DNA from: a virus
IMG/VR virus record: IMGVR_UViG_3300045988_040260
Span: 1 to 55,119 of that record
Strand: one strand, 5' to 3'
DNA length: 55,119 nucleotides
In this document: positions 24,889 to 34,011 of the stretch, in pieces
Numbering within the stretch: position 1 is the first letter of the stretch
Layout of the letters: every line of letters starts with the position of its first letter
Notes under the pieces: generated by a model
Database searches by the model: none
The model's input: only the letters and a program-made list of their open reading frames with translations
What the model was told of the DNA's origin: nothing
Program-made: the position numbers and the translations under genes

Positions 24889-27800
24889 AACCAAATTCAT
24901 TTGCTACGATATATCGTTGTCCGTGCTTTGCCTTGCCTACCTGCGTCATGCGATAGAGTGTTTCGCTGTCGCACTTAAACACATTTTCAATGATAGGCGC
25001 AGAGTTTCCACCAGTGTTAGAGTTCATCATTACTTGTGCCATGCCTTCCATGACAGCCTGTTTAATTCCCTCTGTAATTTGTTGGTTATTTGCTACCACG
25101 TTTTTGCCGTTTGAGAACTTGCCGACTAATTCGTTGTGATTAATAAAAGCCATGCCGTCCTCTCCTCTTGGGAAAATTCCACCACTAGCAAGCCTTGGAA
25201 TATGCACTCTTGGGACTAACGATACTCCGCCCCAATTTGCGCCAGCCACCTTAGCAGCCATAGAAACAACTTTGTTAAATCCTCTTAATAAAGAGTTAAT
25301 TCCACTGACAACAAAATTAACCCCATTCTCTATTTTTGAAATAACGTAATTCATAGCTCCTGTAACGCCACCTCTTATTGAACTCCACACATAATTAAAC
25401 GCGTTTGTAATTCCGTTTTTCATAATATTAAAGCAGTTTGTGATAGGCGAAATAACATTGCCATTAAACCAACCCGCCACGCTTTGCCAAGTAGATATAA
25501 CAAAGTTCTTTGCTACGCTAAGTGCCGATGTTATGCCAGCTTTCAACATATTAAAGAAGTTTGAAATCGGTTGTATTACTGTACCGCTAAACCAACTTGC
25601 CACCCCTTGCCATGTTGAAAATACAAAATCTTTTGCTGTCTGTATCGTTGTCTGTATAAGTGTTTTTAAAAAGTTAAACAGATTTGAAATTGGAGTAATT
25701 ACATTATTATTGAACCACCCCGAAGCTACTATCCAAATTGCTTGAATTATTATCCAAATACCTTGAAAAATCTGTTGTGCTCGTGTGGCAAAACCTTTGA
25801 AAAATCCGACTATCGGCTCAATTACTGTGGAGCTAAACCATTTCGAAGCTCCTTGCCACACAGTTACTATGTCTTTCCATAGAGAACCGAAAAAGCCACT
25901 TATGGTTTTCCACATATCTTTAAAAAACGAAACTACAGGCTCAATGACATTTCCATTGAACCATTCGCCAACTGTTGAAAATAGTTCACAAACTGCATTC
26001 CAATTATCTTTTATCACAACAACAATCGTTGCGACTGCTGCCACTATTGCTCCAACAATTACCGCTGGCAATGCTGCCACACCAGCTAATATTGCTCCGA
26101 TTGTAGTTAATGCGACACCTATTACCATTAAAATCTCATTCACCCAGCTAAATCCGTCTTTTAGCATTTTGACAAAATTTACAATAGATAAAATTGTTCC
26201 GGCTATTGCCGAAAAAGCAGAGCCGATTGTTGCTAATAGGTCTGCTGCCCCTGTTCCGAATGCAGCCGTTATTGCATCGCCCAAACTTAAACCACTGAAT
26301 AGTCCTTCTATAAGTAGCCCGAGGTTTGTTGACAATGAAGCAAAAATCGTTTTAAATGCTTGCATTATTGCTGTTCCAATACCAGCTCCTTCTACAAGCT
26401 CAAATCCAATTTTTGAAGCTATTGCCTGTGCTATCGCTTTTGATAATGATTTTCCAATAAAAGCGAGTGCCACTGAACCCAATTTTAACGAAATTATCTT
26501 TTTTATCAGCAATGTGCCAACTATTATCTCAACAGTTTTAATGTCTAAATTGCTTAAAAAGTCCGTAATTCCTTTGAGTATGTCTTTCCACGACACATTT
26601 TTAATTGCTGTGGTTAGCATGGTGTATATTCCTTGTACCCACGCGTTAATAGTTTTTGCCAATAATGCAAAATCAAAATTCTCAAAAAATCCATTAATGC
26701 CGTTAGCAATCGACAAGCCAAAATTAGACCAGTCAAATGTTGTACCGAATGAATTAAGGAAATGCAAAGCTGTGTTCAGTGAACCGGCTATTGTTGCGCC
26801 CAAATCGTAAAAGAGTCTTGGGCTGATTAAGCCATTAAGGAAGTCTGCAAGTCCTTTTCCGAAATTGTCAGCTTTCTGATAAATCTTCTTCCAATCAATG
26901 CTCTCCATAGCACTCGCAAGAGCGTCACCGATGTACTTTCCGAGTGAGTAAAGGTCTTTGATTGATGATTTGTATTTTTCAATCAATCCATCGGTCTTTT
27001 TCAGTGAGCTATCAACACCACCGCCAGCTCCACCGCCGCCTGAACCGCCACTGCCCGAACCTCCGCCACTGCCACTATCGCTGTTATCGTCAAGTGCGTG
27101 TATCTCGTCTATGCTAAGCAATGTCTTTTTAAGTTTTTGAGCTTTCTTATTAGAACTATCAGCGCTATCGCCAATATCGCCTACTCCGCCAGCTATGTCC
27201 TCCATGCCGTCAACAGTAGCACCGCCACCGCTTATCTCGATAGTCCAGCCGAAGATTGCTCCGAGTGCGTCAGCTACAGTTTTTGTAAAGCTGATAACCT
27301 TAAGCATTACCTTGCTTAAGGCTTGAACAAATGGCTTTAAAGCATTGATTATTACGCTACCTATGATACTGCCCCATGCTTGGAACTCTTGCTTAAGGAC
27401 TCTTATACTGTTGGCCCACGTATTAGCGGTCTTAGAGAAGTCCTGCTGTGCAGCTTGCGTATTTGCCATGACATAATTATATCTTAGCAATACCTTTTCA
27501 GCTTGCGTCATTGACTTGATATTTGCGTCAAGTCCGTTTTTCATAGCCCACTCTGAAAGTGTGGCCTGTGTTAAATCAAGTCCATATCTCCTTAATGGTG
27601 CGATTGTGCCTGTAAAAATGGATTGTAGGCTTTTTGCAACATCAGCTTGGTCTACATCATAGAATGAAGCCATATCGCCAGCCAACTTTGTGAGATTAAG
27701 TGACATATCAGCCATACTGTCTGTAGTCTTGTATAGCGTGTTATTTTGGCTCATAAGAGCTTTATTTGCCACTGCCGTACCATTTGCCACTTGCTGTGAT

Positions 27801-28660
27801 GTAATACCTACAGAAGTGCCTAACGCTTGGAAACGGCTTGATATTTGCTTAACTGTCAGCTCTGACATTCCGAAGTCTTGAATTGATGTTTTTGTAAAAT
27901 CATCAACCTTGCTTGCCATATCGCCAAACGTGGTATCTACTACGTTCTGAACCTCGGTTAATTGGCTCGCTAAATCAACTGCACTGCCTAGCTTTCCGAC
28001 AGCTCGCATAACTAACCAATATGTTGCATAAAACTTACCAATGGTTGAAGCTAAGCCACTAAAGCCACTCCTTGTACGCTTAATCGACTTGCTTGTGTTT
28101 GAAAAGCCTGTTACAAGTGACCTACTAGCCGAGCCGACTTTTGAGCCTTGCTGCGACAGATTAGCAAGTGCGTTAGTCATTTGAATAATGTTGTTGCTAA
28201 CTCTCGGTGCGTTAGATAATGTTGTCATTACCTCTTTCAGGGCGCTGCCAAGGCTTTTGATATTATCCGCAGCATAACCGGCTGATTTTGAACCGAGCTT
28301 TGAGATTGAAGCTGTTAGCTGTGTAATCTCTGCTGATTGCTTTGAAATATTTGCAAAGCCCGACAGTTCTGTTGCCATGCTCTTTAAAGCACTTGCCGAG
28401 CTGACAAGTCTTGCAGTATCAAGGTTGCCGAGCTTTTCCATGTTAGTTGCAATCTTGCTAAAGGTACGTGTGTCAATACTGCTCACACTTCTAAGTGATG
28501 TCGCAAGTTGTGACATTCCGCTTGCAAAATTACTTATGCTTGCACCATTGAGGGAATTGAGAGTACTTCCAAGTCCTTGCAACTTACTTTGTAAATTGCC
28601 TATGGCTTTAATCGCTTGTTGTGCGTCCGACTCGATTTGAAGCTCAATGCTCTCTGCCAT
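24887..28660 (-). CDS. Tape measure protein
   Basis: 1257 aa with a helical N-half, a G/S-rich linker (SGSGGGSGSGGSGGGGAGGG), TM-like segments and five W(F)xGxVIxP repeats. Position follows the tail chaperones. Confidence 0.9.
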   Translation of the reverse strand: MAESIELQIESDAQQAIKAIGNLQSKLQGLGSTLNSLNGASISNFASGMSQLATSLRSVSSIDTRTFSKIATNMEKLGNLDTARLVSSASALKSMATELSGFANISKQSAEITQLTASISKLGSKSAGYAADNIKSLGSALKEVMTTLSNAPRVSNNIIQMTNALANLSQQGSKVGSASRSLVTGFSNTSKSIKRTRSGFSGLASTIGKFYATYWLVMRAVGKLGSAVDLASQLTEVQNVVDTTFGDMASKVDDFTKTSIQDFGMSELTVKQISSRFQALGTSVGITSQQVANGTAVANKALMSQNNTLYKTTDSMADMSLNLTKLAGDMASFYDVDQADVAKSLQSIFTGTIAPLRRYGLDLTQATLSEWAMKNGLDANIKSMTQAEKVLLRYNYVMANTQAAQQDFSKTANTWANSIRVLKQEFQAWGSIIGSVIINALKPFVQALSKVMLKVISFTKTVADALGAIFGWTIEISGGGATVDGMEDIAGGVGDIGDSADSSNKKAQKLKKTLLSIDEIHALDDNSDSGSGGGSGSGGSGGGGAGGGVDSSLKKTDGLIEKYKSSIKDLYSLGKYIGDALASAMESIDWKKIYQKADNFGKGLADFLNGLISPRLFYDLGATIAGSLNTALHFLNSFGTTFDWSNFGLSIANGINGFFENFDFALLAKTINAWVQGIYTMLTTAIKNVSWKDILKGITDFLSNLDIKTVEIIVGTLLIKKIISLKLGSVALAFIGKSLSKAIAQAIASKIGFELVEGAGIGTAIMQAFKTIFASLSTNLGLLIEGLFSGLSLGDAITAAFGTGAADLLATIGSAFSAIAGTILSIVNFVKMLKDGFSWVNEILMVIGVALTTIGAILAGVAALPAVIVGAIVAAVATIVVVIKDNWNAVCELFSTVGEWFNGNVIEPVVSFFKDMWKTISGFFGSLWKDIVTVWQGASKWFSSTVIEPIVGFFKGFATRAQQIFQGIWIIIQAIWIVASGWFNNNVITPISNLFNFLKTLIQTTIQTAKDFVFSTWQGVASWFSGTVIQPISNFFNMLKAGITSALSVAKNFVISTWQSVAGWFNGNVISPITNCFNIMKNGITNAFNYVWSSIRGGVTGAMNYVISKIENGVNFVVSGINSLLRGFNKVVSMAAKVAGANWGGVSLVPRVHIPRLASGGIFPRGEDGMAFINHNELVGKFSNGKNVVANNQQITEGIKQAVMEGMAQVMMNSNTGGNSAPIIENVFKCDSETLYRMTQVGKAKHGQRYIVANEFG

Positions 28661-28677
28661 TTTCTCACCTCCCTGTA

Positions 28678-28706
28678 ATAAAAAAGAGCTACCCTAAAGT
28701 AGCTCT
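28678..28706 (-). terminator. Rho-independent terminator between the GH25 gene and the tape measure gene
   Basis: Minus strand reads AGAGCTAC-TTTAGG-GTAGCTCT-TTTTTTATT. Confidence 0.7.
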
Positions 28707-28845
28707 CATGTATTTAGTCTTTGAGCAGATAGTATGTTGTAATCAATCCAACATATCCATCTTGTTTAAGACCCCTATTCTTTTGAAATACCATGACACA
28801 TTTAGTGAGATAATCGCTCCACTCCTTATAATCGGTATCAAGTTT

Positions 28846-29763
28846 TTAAAAATGAAACTTGTCATGCAGAGTTTTTCTCAGCCACTTAATGGCTGTCGGG
28901 CAATCATGAATCTGTCCGCTCCACAAATTGTGATTTTTAGCAAATCTCTGTGAATTAGCTCCAAACTTGCCATCTTCCTTAAGTTCGTCTGTGTCAAATC
29001 CGATGTTCATAGCATGTTGCCATTTTCTTACATCATCATTATCGAGGTAATATTCCTCATTGCCTTTCCAAGCGTTATTTTTTACCGGAGTTGCCGTTGG
29101 TGTCGGAGTTGCTATTGGTGCCGGATTATTCTCTATTCCGTCACCCTTATCAAGCTCAATATAGAGTAAGTTAGCGTCAGTGCTGTTATTCAGACCGCTA
29201 CAGGTAAATGCACTTGAATACTGCCAGCCATACAGAGGATGTTGAATAACAGGCTTCTTTGCACTATTAGGCTCATCACCGATAGACATTCCTTTAGTTG
29301 ATGGATAGCGTGCAATCCAAAATGGACAGTTAATCTGATTTGCGTATGGCACAATATACTGATTGTAAAAGCTAAGTCCTGTGTATACACCAAAGTTAAG
29401 CCCGGCACTTTTGATAACACTCTGATATGTGTTGATAATATCAATAAGTGTCTGTCCGAGTCCTTGCTGACATTTATCTTCAACATCTAACCAAACAAAA
29501 GTTTTTCTTCCGGCAAGTGTCTGAATGACCTTATTTGCGTCTGTCTTTGCTTTTTCTACTGTTGTAGCGTATGAGTAGTTGTAAACACCTTGTATTGGCA
29601 TTCCTACATCAGTACAGCCTTTCCAATTTCGCTCAAAGGTTTTATCCGGATTAAGGTCTTTACGGATTATTTTCAGAATTGCAAATTGCACCCCAGCCCA
29701 CTTAACCTTACTCCAATCAATATTTCCTTGATATGACGATACGTCAATTCCTTTATATGCCAT
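28846..29763 (-). CDS. GH25 muramidase (endolysin-type) with C-terminal peptidoglycan-binding-like domain
   Basis: MAYKGIDVSSYQGNIDWSKVKWAGVQFAILK.. is a GH25 N-terminus. The C-terminus WQHAMNIGFDTDELKEDGKFGANSQRF is PG_binding_1-like. Confidence 0.85.
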   Translation of the reverse strand: MAYKGIDVSSYQGNIDWSKVKWAGVQFAILKIIRKDLNPDKTFERNWKGCTDVGMPIQGVYNYSYATTVEKAKTDANKVIQTLAGRKTFVWLDVEDKCQQGLGQTLIDIINTYQSVIKSAGLNFGVYTGLSFYNQYIVPYANQINCPFWIARYPSTKGMSIGDEPNSAKKPVIQHPLYGWQYSSAFTCSGLNNSTDANLLYIELDKGDGIENNPAPIATPTPTATPVKNNAWKGNEEYYLDNDDVRKWQHAMNIGFDTDELKEDGKFGANSQRFAKNHNLWSGQIHDCPTAIKWLRKTLHDKFHF

Positions 29764-29775
29764 TTTCTCACCTCA

Positions 29776-30261
29776 TTAATCAGGACTTTCAGGTAATCCT
29801 GACTGTCTTAATGCGTTAATTCGTTGCTTCATTTCATAAACGGCAATTTCCTCATTAGACTCCTTGTATTTAGGCTCGTTATCTTTTGAGTATTGCTCAT
29901 TTAATGATTTTTCAATGTATTTTGCTCTTGCTTTATTGCCATTCAAGGCTCTGTCGATAGCTGTAAGAGTTGCGCTTAATCCGTATGTGCCCCACCAAGC
30001 CCACATGTTGGAGTCGGATTCTTTTTGCTCGAGCATATAAGCCTTTGAATAAGGCTCTAAATCAGCCGGACAAGACATATCTATGTCCTCAACGCTAAAT
30101 CCATAGCCTTTAGTTGCTAACAGCCAATATGGGCGGATTTCGTTGCAATATACTTCCCATGTAAGCTCTTTTACTTCTTGGTCGGTTTCCTCTTGACTGT
30201 CTGCGCCTCTTTCGCCAACATTTTGGATAAAAAACTGTTTTTCTCCATTTCTGCTGACAAA
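29776..30261 (-). CDS. -1 frame extension (T part) of the tail assembly chaperone G/GT pair
   Basis: The -1 frame is open from 30261 across the G stop (30171) down to 29776. The predicted fusion is about 266 aa. Confidence 0.7.
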   Translation of the reverse strand, partial: FVSRNGEKQFFIQNVGERGADSQEETDQEVKELTWEVYCNEIRPYWLLATKGYGFSVEDIDMSCPADLEPYSKAYMLEQKESDSNMWAWWGTYGLSATLTAIDRALNGNKARAKYIEKSLNEQYSKDNEPKYKESNEEIAVYEMKQRINALRQSGLPESPD

Positions 30262-30575
30262 TCATTGTAAAGTGACTGTAAATCTCCACCCTCTTCATTC
30301 TCCGGGTCAAGGTAATCGTCAAGTAAATCGTATACCTTTACAAGCTGTTTCTCTTTTGCTTCTTTATCGTCAAAATCAAAGCCAAATTCGTCAGCGTGGA
30401 ATTTCTGCAAACCTACGAGTAAAAACTCCGGTAAAAATTCAAGCATGTTGTCAATGACTTCAAGCCCCTCACCCTGTTGCTCCATTCCTACGAGCCTTGG
30501 GATAATTTTATTCTTAACTACCGGTGCGTATCCGAATTTAACTGTATATTCTTTTCCATTTAATTTAATTTTCAT
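30171..30575 (-). CDS. Tail assembly chaperone (gpG-like)
   Basis: 134-aa ORF between the major tail protein and the tape measure region. Contains the slippery heptamer near its 3' end. Confidence 0.75.
   Translation of the reverse strand: MKIKLNGKEYTVKFGYAPVVKNKIIPRLVGMEQQGEGLEVIDNMLEFLPEFLLVGLQKFHADEFGFDFDDKEAKEKQLVKVYDLLDDYLDPENEEGGDLQSLYNDLSAEMEKNSFLSKMLAKEAQTVKRKPTKK
30228..30234 (-). promoter_or_regulatory. Slippery heptamer T_TTT_TTA for programmed -1 frameshift
   Basis: The minus strand reads AGT TTT TTA TCC in the zero frame. The X_XXY_YYZ pattern is satisfied. Confidence 0.65.
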
Positions 30576-30718
30576 TTTATCTTTCCCTTTCTCCCTAATT
30601 TATATAGGGAAAGAGGCAGTATTAAAACTGCCTCAATTACCTTACTATATTGTTTCTTCAAGTTCGCTGTTAGCCGTGCTATCATCATAGCCAACCGCTA
30701 CGGCTTTTTCCGATTGGC

Positions 30719-31219
30719 TCATGATTTTTTTGTGAGTGTGATTGTTGTTGGATAGCCTTGGTCGTCCTCTGTTACCGCAACATCGTAGTTATCCTCAATC
30801 CACTTAGGCACTGTCTGTACTGATACAGTCGCAGTTCCTGTTAAGTGGTCATCGGAAGCCTCACCCGGGGCGAATGACTCCTGACCGATAAAAGCGCAGA
30901 TACCTTCTGAACCTTTTCCGTCTGTACCATAAAGAATGATGAAATCGAGCTTCTTACCCTCGTTAGTTACCATCTCATCTTTGTACTTCTTCTCAAAAGC
31001 TCCCTCAACTTCCATTGAACCGGCTGAACGTCTGCCCATTTCCTGTGTCTCTACTAAATCTTCAAGAGTTGAAGTATCTACCATGTTCTGTGAACCGAAT
31101 GGTGAGGGAATTGTTTTTGCTCTAAGTAAGAGCTTGTAAGTTCCAGCCCAATAATCGCCACTTGTGGCAGAACCGGTTGGCGTCTTGTAAGCAATTCTAC
31201 TTTTTAATCCTGTTGCCAT
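30719..31219 (-). CDS. Major tail protein
   Basis: 166-aa ORF directly upstream of the chaperone pair, flanked by hairpins. Assigned by position. Confidence 0.65.
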   Translation of the reverse strand: MATGLKSRIAYKTPTGSATSGDYWAGTYKLLLRAKTIPSPFGSQNMVDTSTLEDLVETQEMGRRSAGSMEVEGAFEKKYKDEMVTNEGKKLDFIILYGTDGKGSEGICAFIGQESFAPGEASDDHLTGTATVSVQTVPKWIEDNYDVAVTEDDQGYPTTITLTKKS

Positions 31220-31267
31220 TTTTATTACCTCCTAATTTTTCATAAAAAAATAAGAGCCAAAAAGCTC

Positions 31268-31684
31268 TTATAATCTATCATTCCAGTCGAATGACCGCCT
31301 AGCACGTAATGTTGCAGTCCATAATTTGCCGTTTTTCCTAGCGAACGGGGCTGTTGTCAGCTTGAATGACATAGCTTTGTATTCATTAGCCACTGTCTGC
31401 GCCACATTCAAGGCTTCTGAACGGCTTTTATTCGTTGTAACAATTACTTGTGCCGTAAATAACACTGTATTTATTCTTTCACACTCTAAATCCTCATTCT
31501 GTTCAATAGGTTCGAGTGCTTGAATCAGCACTGTTGGGAAACTAGCCGCTGCACTGTCCGACTGTTCCTCTTGTGTGAATTTTAGCTTGGGATATTTAGT
31601 TTTCAATTTTTTCTCGCATCGGGTTTTTACAATCGCATATGTGAGATTTTCAAGGTCATAAACCCATTGATTTTGACTCGCCAC
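31268..31684 (-). CDS. Tail completion/terminator-position protein
   Basis: 138-aa ORF upstream of the major tail gene. Assigned by position only. Confidence 0.45.
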   Translation of the reverse strand: MASQNQWVYDLENLTYAIVKTRCEKKLKTKYPKLKFTQEEQSDSAAASFPTVLIQALEPIEQNEDLECERINTVLFTAQVIVTTNKSRSEALNVAQTVANEYKAMSFKLTTAPFARKNGKLWTATLRARRSFDWNDRL

Positions 31685-31697
31685 TCTATCACCTCAA

Positions 31698-32228
31698 CTA
31701 AAAAATTTTCCGTGCCGTTCTCATAATGTCATTTTCCATTTCTACAAATGCGTGATACATCGGCATTGTAGGTGTAATGCCGTATGAATGATGTAATTCT
31801 CCACTTTCGTCTCTCCAATACCAACCCTCACTGTCAAATGCGTGTGTCTGCCCCGGAAAAGTTCCTTGACCGCCTCTTGCATCATTGAAATGTGGTTTAG
31901 CTTTCCAACCTGAGCCGTATTCAGCCATAAGCAAAGGTGATACATCAACTGTCTTAAGTCCATCGGCTGTCTGCCATGTGCTTTGTATCTGCCCTGTTTC
32001 GGTAGCAAGTACAATAGCCGTACAGCCGTCTGTTGTATCTTTAATTTCATAACTAAATGTAATATAGCGTCCGAAATTGCCTGTATTTGCTCGTGCTACG
32101 TCTATGCCGTTACTAGCAAGCTCCTCAACAAACGCTATGCACTTGTCTTGCAAGCGGTCTTTGTATCTTTCAAGCTTGTCTATCGCATCTTGTATAGATT
32201 TTTCTGTCAGAGAAATGTCAATCTTCAT
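31698..32228 (-). CDS. Head-tail joining protein (position-based)
   Basis: 176-aa ORF in the connector cluster. Confidence 0.45.
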   Translation of the reverse strand: MKIDISLTEKSIQDAIDKLERYKDRLQDKCIAFVEELASNGIDVARANTGNFGRYITFSYEIKDTTDGCTAIVLATETGQIQSTWQTADGLKTVDVSPLLMAEYGSGWKAKPHFNDARGGQGTFPGQTHAFDSEGWYWRDESGELHHSYGITPTMPMYHAFVEMENDIMRTARKIF

Positions 32229-32230
32229 AA

Positions 32231-32656
32231 TTACACTTCTTTCACAACTGCTTTGAGCATGTATTTAACTGAATAGAGAGAGGGCTTCACTCCCACTATT
32301 GTAAAGTCTGCGGAAGTTGAATCAACTAATCCGTTTTCGTCCTTCGTAGGCTCGCTATCAAGCCAAATAACGTCACCTTTTTTAAAAAGGTATTCTCCTC
32401 TGTCTGTCAGCAAAACAGCATCAAAATCAGCCGTATTAAAGCCATATTCCTTGTTCTGCGCTTCTCCTCCGTCAAACGATATATTTGCCCGAAAATCAAC
32501 CGGCTCCGAAAAGCCTGTTTCTTCGTGTGTGTAGTATATCTTCTCTCCGTCCTCTGTTTCGTAAAACTTTAGATTTCCGTCCTCGTCTTTTTCATAGACT
32601 GTGACAGTTTGACCTTGAAGCGCGTATTTCATGGCTTGCTTATTGATGTCAAGCAT
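32231..32656 (-). CDS. Head-tail joining protein (position-based)
   Basis: 141-aa ORF in the connector cluster. Confidence 0.45.
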   Translation of the reverse strand: MLDINKQAMKYALQGQTVTVYEKDEDGNLKFYETEDGEKIYYTHEETGFSEPVDFRANISFDGGEAQNKEYGFNTADFDAVLLTDRGEYLFKKGDVIWLDSEPTKDENGLVDSTSADFTIVGVKPSLYSVKYMLKAVVKEV

Positions 32657-32918
32657 TTTTCTTTATCTGCTTGTAAATCTGATTAACACCGGTACTTGCC
32701 ATGCCTGACACAATGCCAACTGCTATTGCGTCAAGAATGTTGTTTGCCGGATAACCGGGAATTACAAACATTCCAACAATGCCGAGTACTCCACCGGCTA
32801 CACCTACGATAATAGGAATAACATTATCTTTAACCTGTGGTATCTGCTTTGAAGCATATCCGATTAAATAAGTAATTACCATAATGGCAACTACTGTAGG
32901 TACTTGTGTAAAGTCCAT
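32649..32918 (-). CDS. Holin (Hol44/phage_holin_4-like)
   Basis: 89 aa with TM segments VVAIMVITYLIGYA, IPIIVGVAGGVLGIVGMFVI and AVGIVSGMASTGVNQIYKQIKK. Matches the remembered clostridial-phage holin pattern. Confidence 0.7.
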   Translation of the reverse strand: MDFTQVPTVVAIMVITYLIGYASKQIPQVKDNVIPIIVGVAGGVLGIVGMFVIPGYPANNILDAIAVGIVSGMASTGVNQIYKQIKKNA

Positions 32919-33322
32919 CAGTTTTTCCCTCCTTTACCTAAATGGATTTCCTCAATCTCATTTTTCATTTTTGTTACCATGCCATTACCACCAAGTGCGT
33001 GGTATGCGTCATACATCTCGCAAAAATTCTGATACGCATATGAGGGTATTTCGCCAAGCTTCATGTACTTATCATGGTATTCGATAAGCTGTACTCGTAA
33101 AAGTAACATTGTACCTTTTCCGTTTGCTTGTCGTAGCTTCTTTTCCTCTTCAATGCGCTCGTTTCTTTCTTTTGTGTCTATCGCTTTTTGCTTTTTCTGC
33201 TCTTGTAAAAGCCAAACAATATAGCCCAAAAGTGCTGTCAGAACAATTGGCAAGGCAATAATATATGTCTGATAGATTAAATTATTCATCTTACAGCCTT
33301 TCGTCTTTGGTAATTGGCACAC
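32918..33322 (-). CDS. Single-pass membrane protein (possible holin partner)
   Basis: N-terminal TM segment YIIALPIVLTALLGYIVWLL followed by a charged coil. ATGA-type junction with the holin. Confidence 0.5.
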   Translation of the reverse strand: MCQLPKTKGCKMNNLIYQTYIIALPIVLTALLGYIVWLLQEQKKQKAIDTKERNERIEEEKKLRQANGKGTMLLLRVQLIEYHDKYMKLGEIPSYAYQNFCEMYDAYHALGGNGMVTKMKNEIEEIHLGKGGKN

Positions 33323-33384
33323 CGCCCACCACCACTTAATGTGTACCGCCTGCTACCATATTGGTAACGCACAATCTTCTTTTG

Positions 33385-33762
33385 CTATAGCACTTTGACA
33401 AAAGGGAACACCCCAATAAACAGCTTGTCTCTGTCTTTCCATGTACGGCTCACTCCACCCTCACTTAATGCGCTCATGTAATTCTCACCGGCTTGTGAAT
33501 GGTCGTAAACCGCAAGATTGATAACAACGTTTTCAAACTGCTTTAAGTCGGCAGTTATATCATCATCAGTGAAAGTGTCCGGATAACACCTTTTTGCTTT
33601 CACATCTTCCGTGGCTTGCTTAATGAGCTGTTCAATGAGTGGATTATCTTCCTTTTTATCGAATACAACCACATCAGATGTTGTATCATCATCGTTTGTG
33701 ACAGTTTCGATATGAAATTGTTTAAGTCTGATTTTAACTTGCTCTAATGTGGTATATTCCAT
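33385..33762 (-). CDS. Head-tail connector (gp6-like) candidate
   Basis: 125-aa acidic ORF after the capsid genes. N-terminus LEQVKIRLKQ.. is typical of such adaptors. Confidence 0.5.
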   Translation of the reverse strand: MEYTTLEQVKIRLKQFHIETVTNDDDTTSDVVVFDKKEDNPLIEQLIKQATEDVKAKRCYPDTFTDDDITADLKQFENVVINLAVYDHSQAGENYMSALSEGGVSRTWKDRDKLFIGVFPFVKVL

Positions 33763-33772
33763 AATTCAGCTC

Positions 33773-34000
33773 CTATAATCCTAACTTCTCAATTAACAGC
33801 TTCTTTAATTCTGCTCCTGTAAGTCCTTCTGCGTTGTCTATACCTTGTTCTGTGGCAAAAGCCTGTAAATCAGATGTAGACATACGATTAATGGCTGTCT
33901 TGCTATAATCAAAAGAAGCTTTAGAATTGCTATTTTCTGGAACTTCTTCGCCTGCGTTATACCATTTTCCATTATGAATTACTATATATGGATATATCAT
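33773..34000 (-). CDS. Small protein with C-terminal HeH/SAP (Rho-N-like) motif
   Basis: ..DLQAFATEQGIDNAEGLTGAELKKLLIEKLGL. Confidence 0.5.
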   Translation of the reverse strand: MIYPYIVIHNGKWYNAGEEVPENSNSKASFDYSKTAINRMSTSDLQAFATEQGIDNAEGLTGAELKKLLIEKLGL

Positions 34001-34011
34001 AATTGCACCCC

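Noticed and set aside
25785-26810. 341-aa plus-strand ORF, along with other plus-strand ORFs at 24917-28640.
   Set aside because: It lies antisense to the 1257-aa tape measure gene. Its composition is low-complexity and P/S/I/A-rich, mirroring the sense-strand repeats. It has no RBS. It is a shadow ORF.
30110-30322. 70-aa third-frame ORF overlapping the 3' end of the tail chaperone gene.
   Set aside because: The frame reached by a -1 slip at T_TTT_TTA is the one continuing to 29776, not this one. Its Arg/Lys/Cys-rich composition looks spurious.
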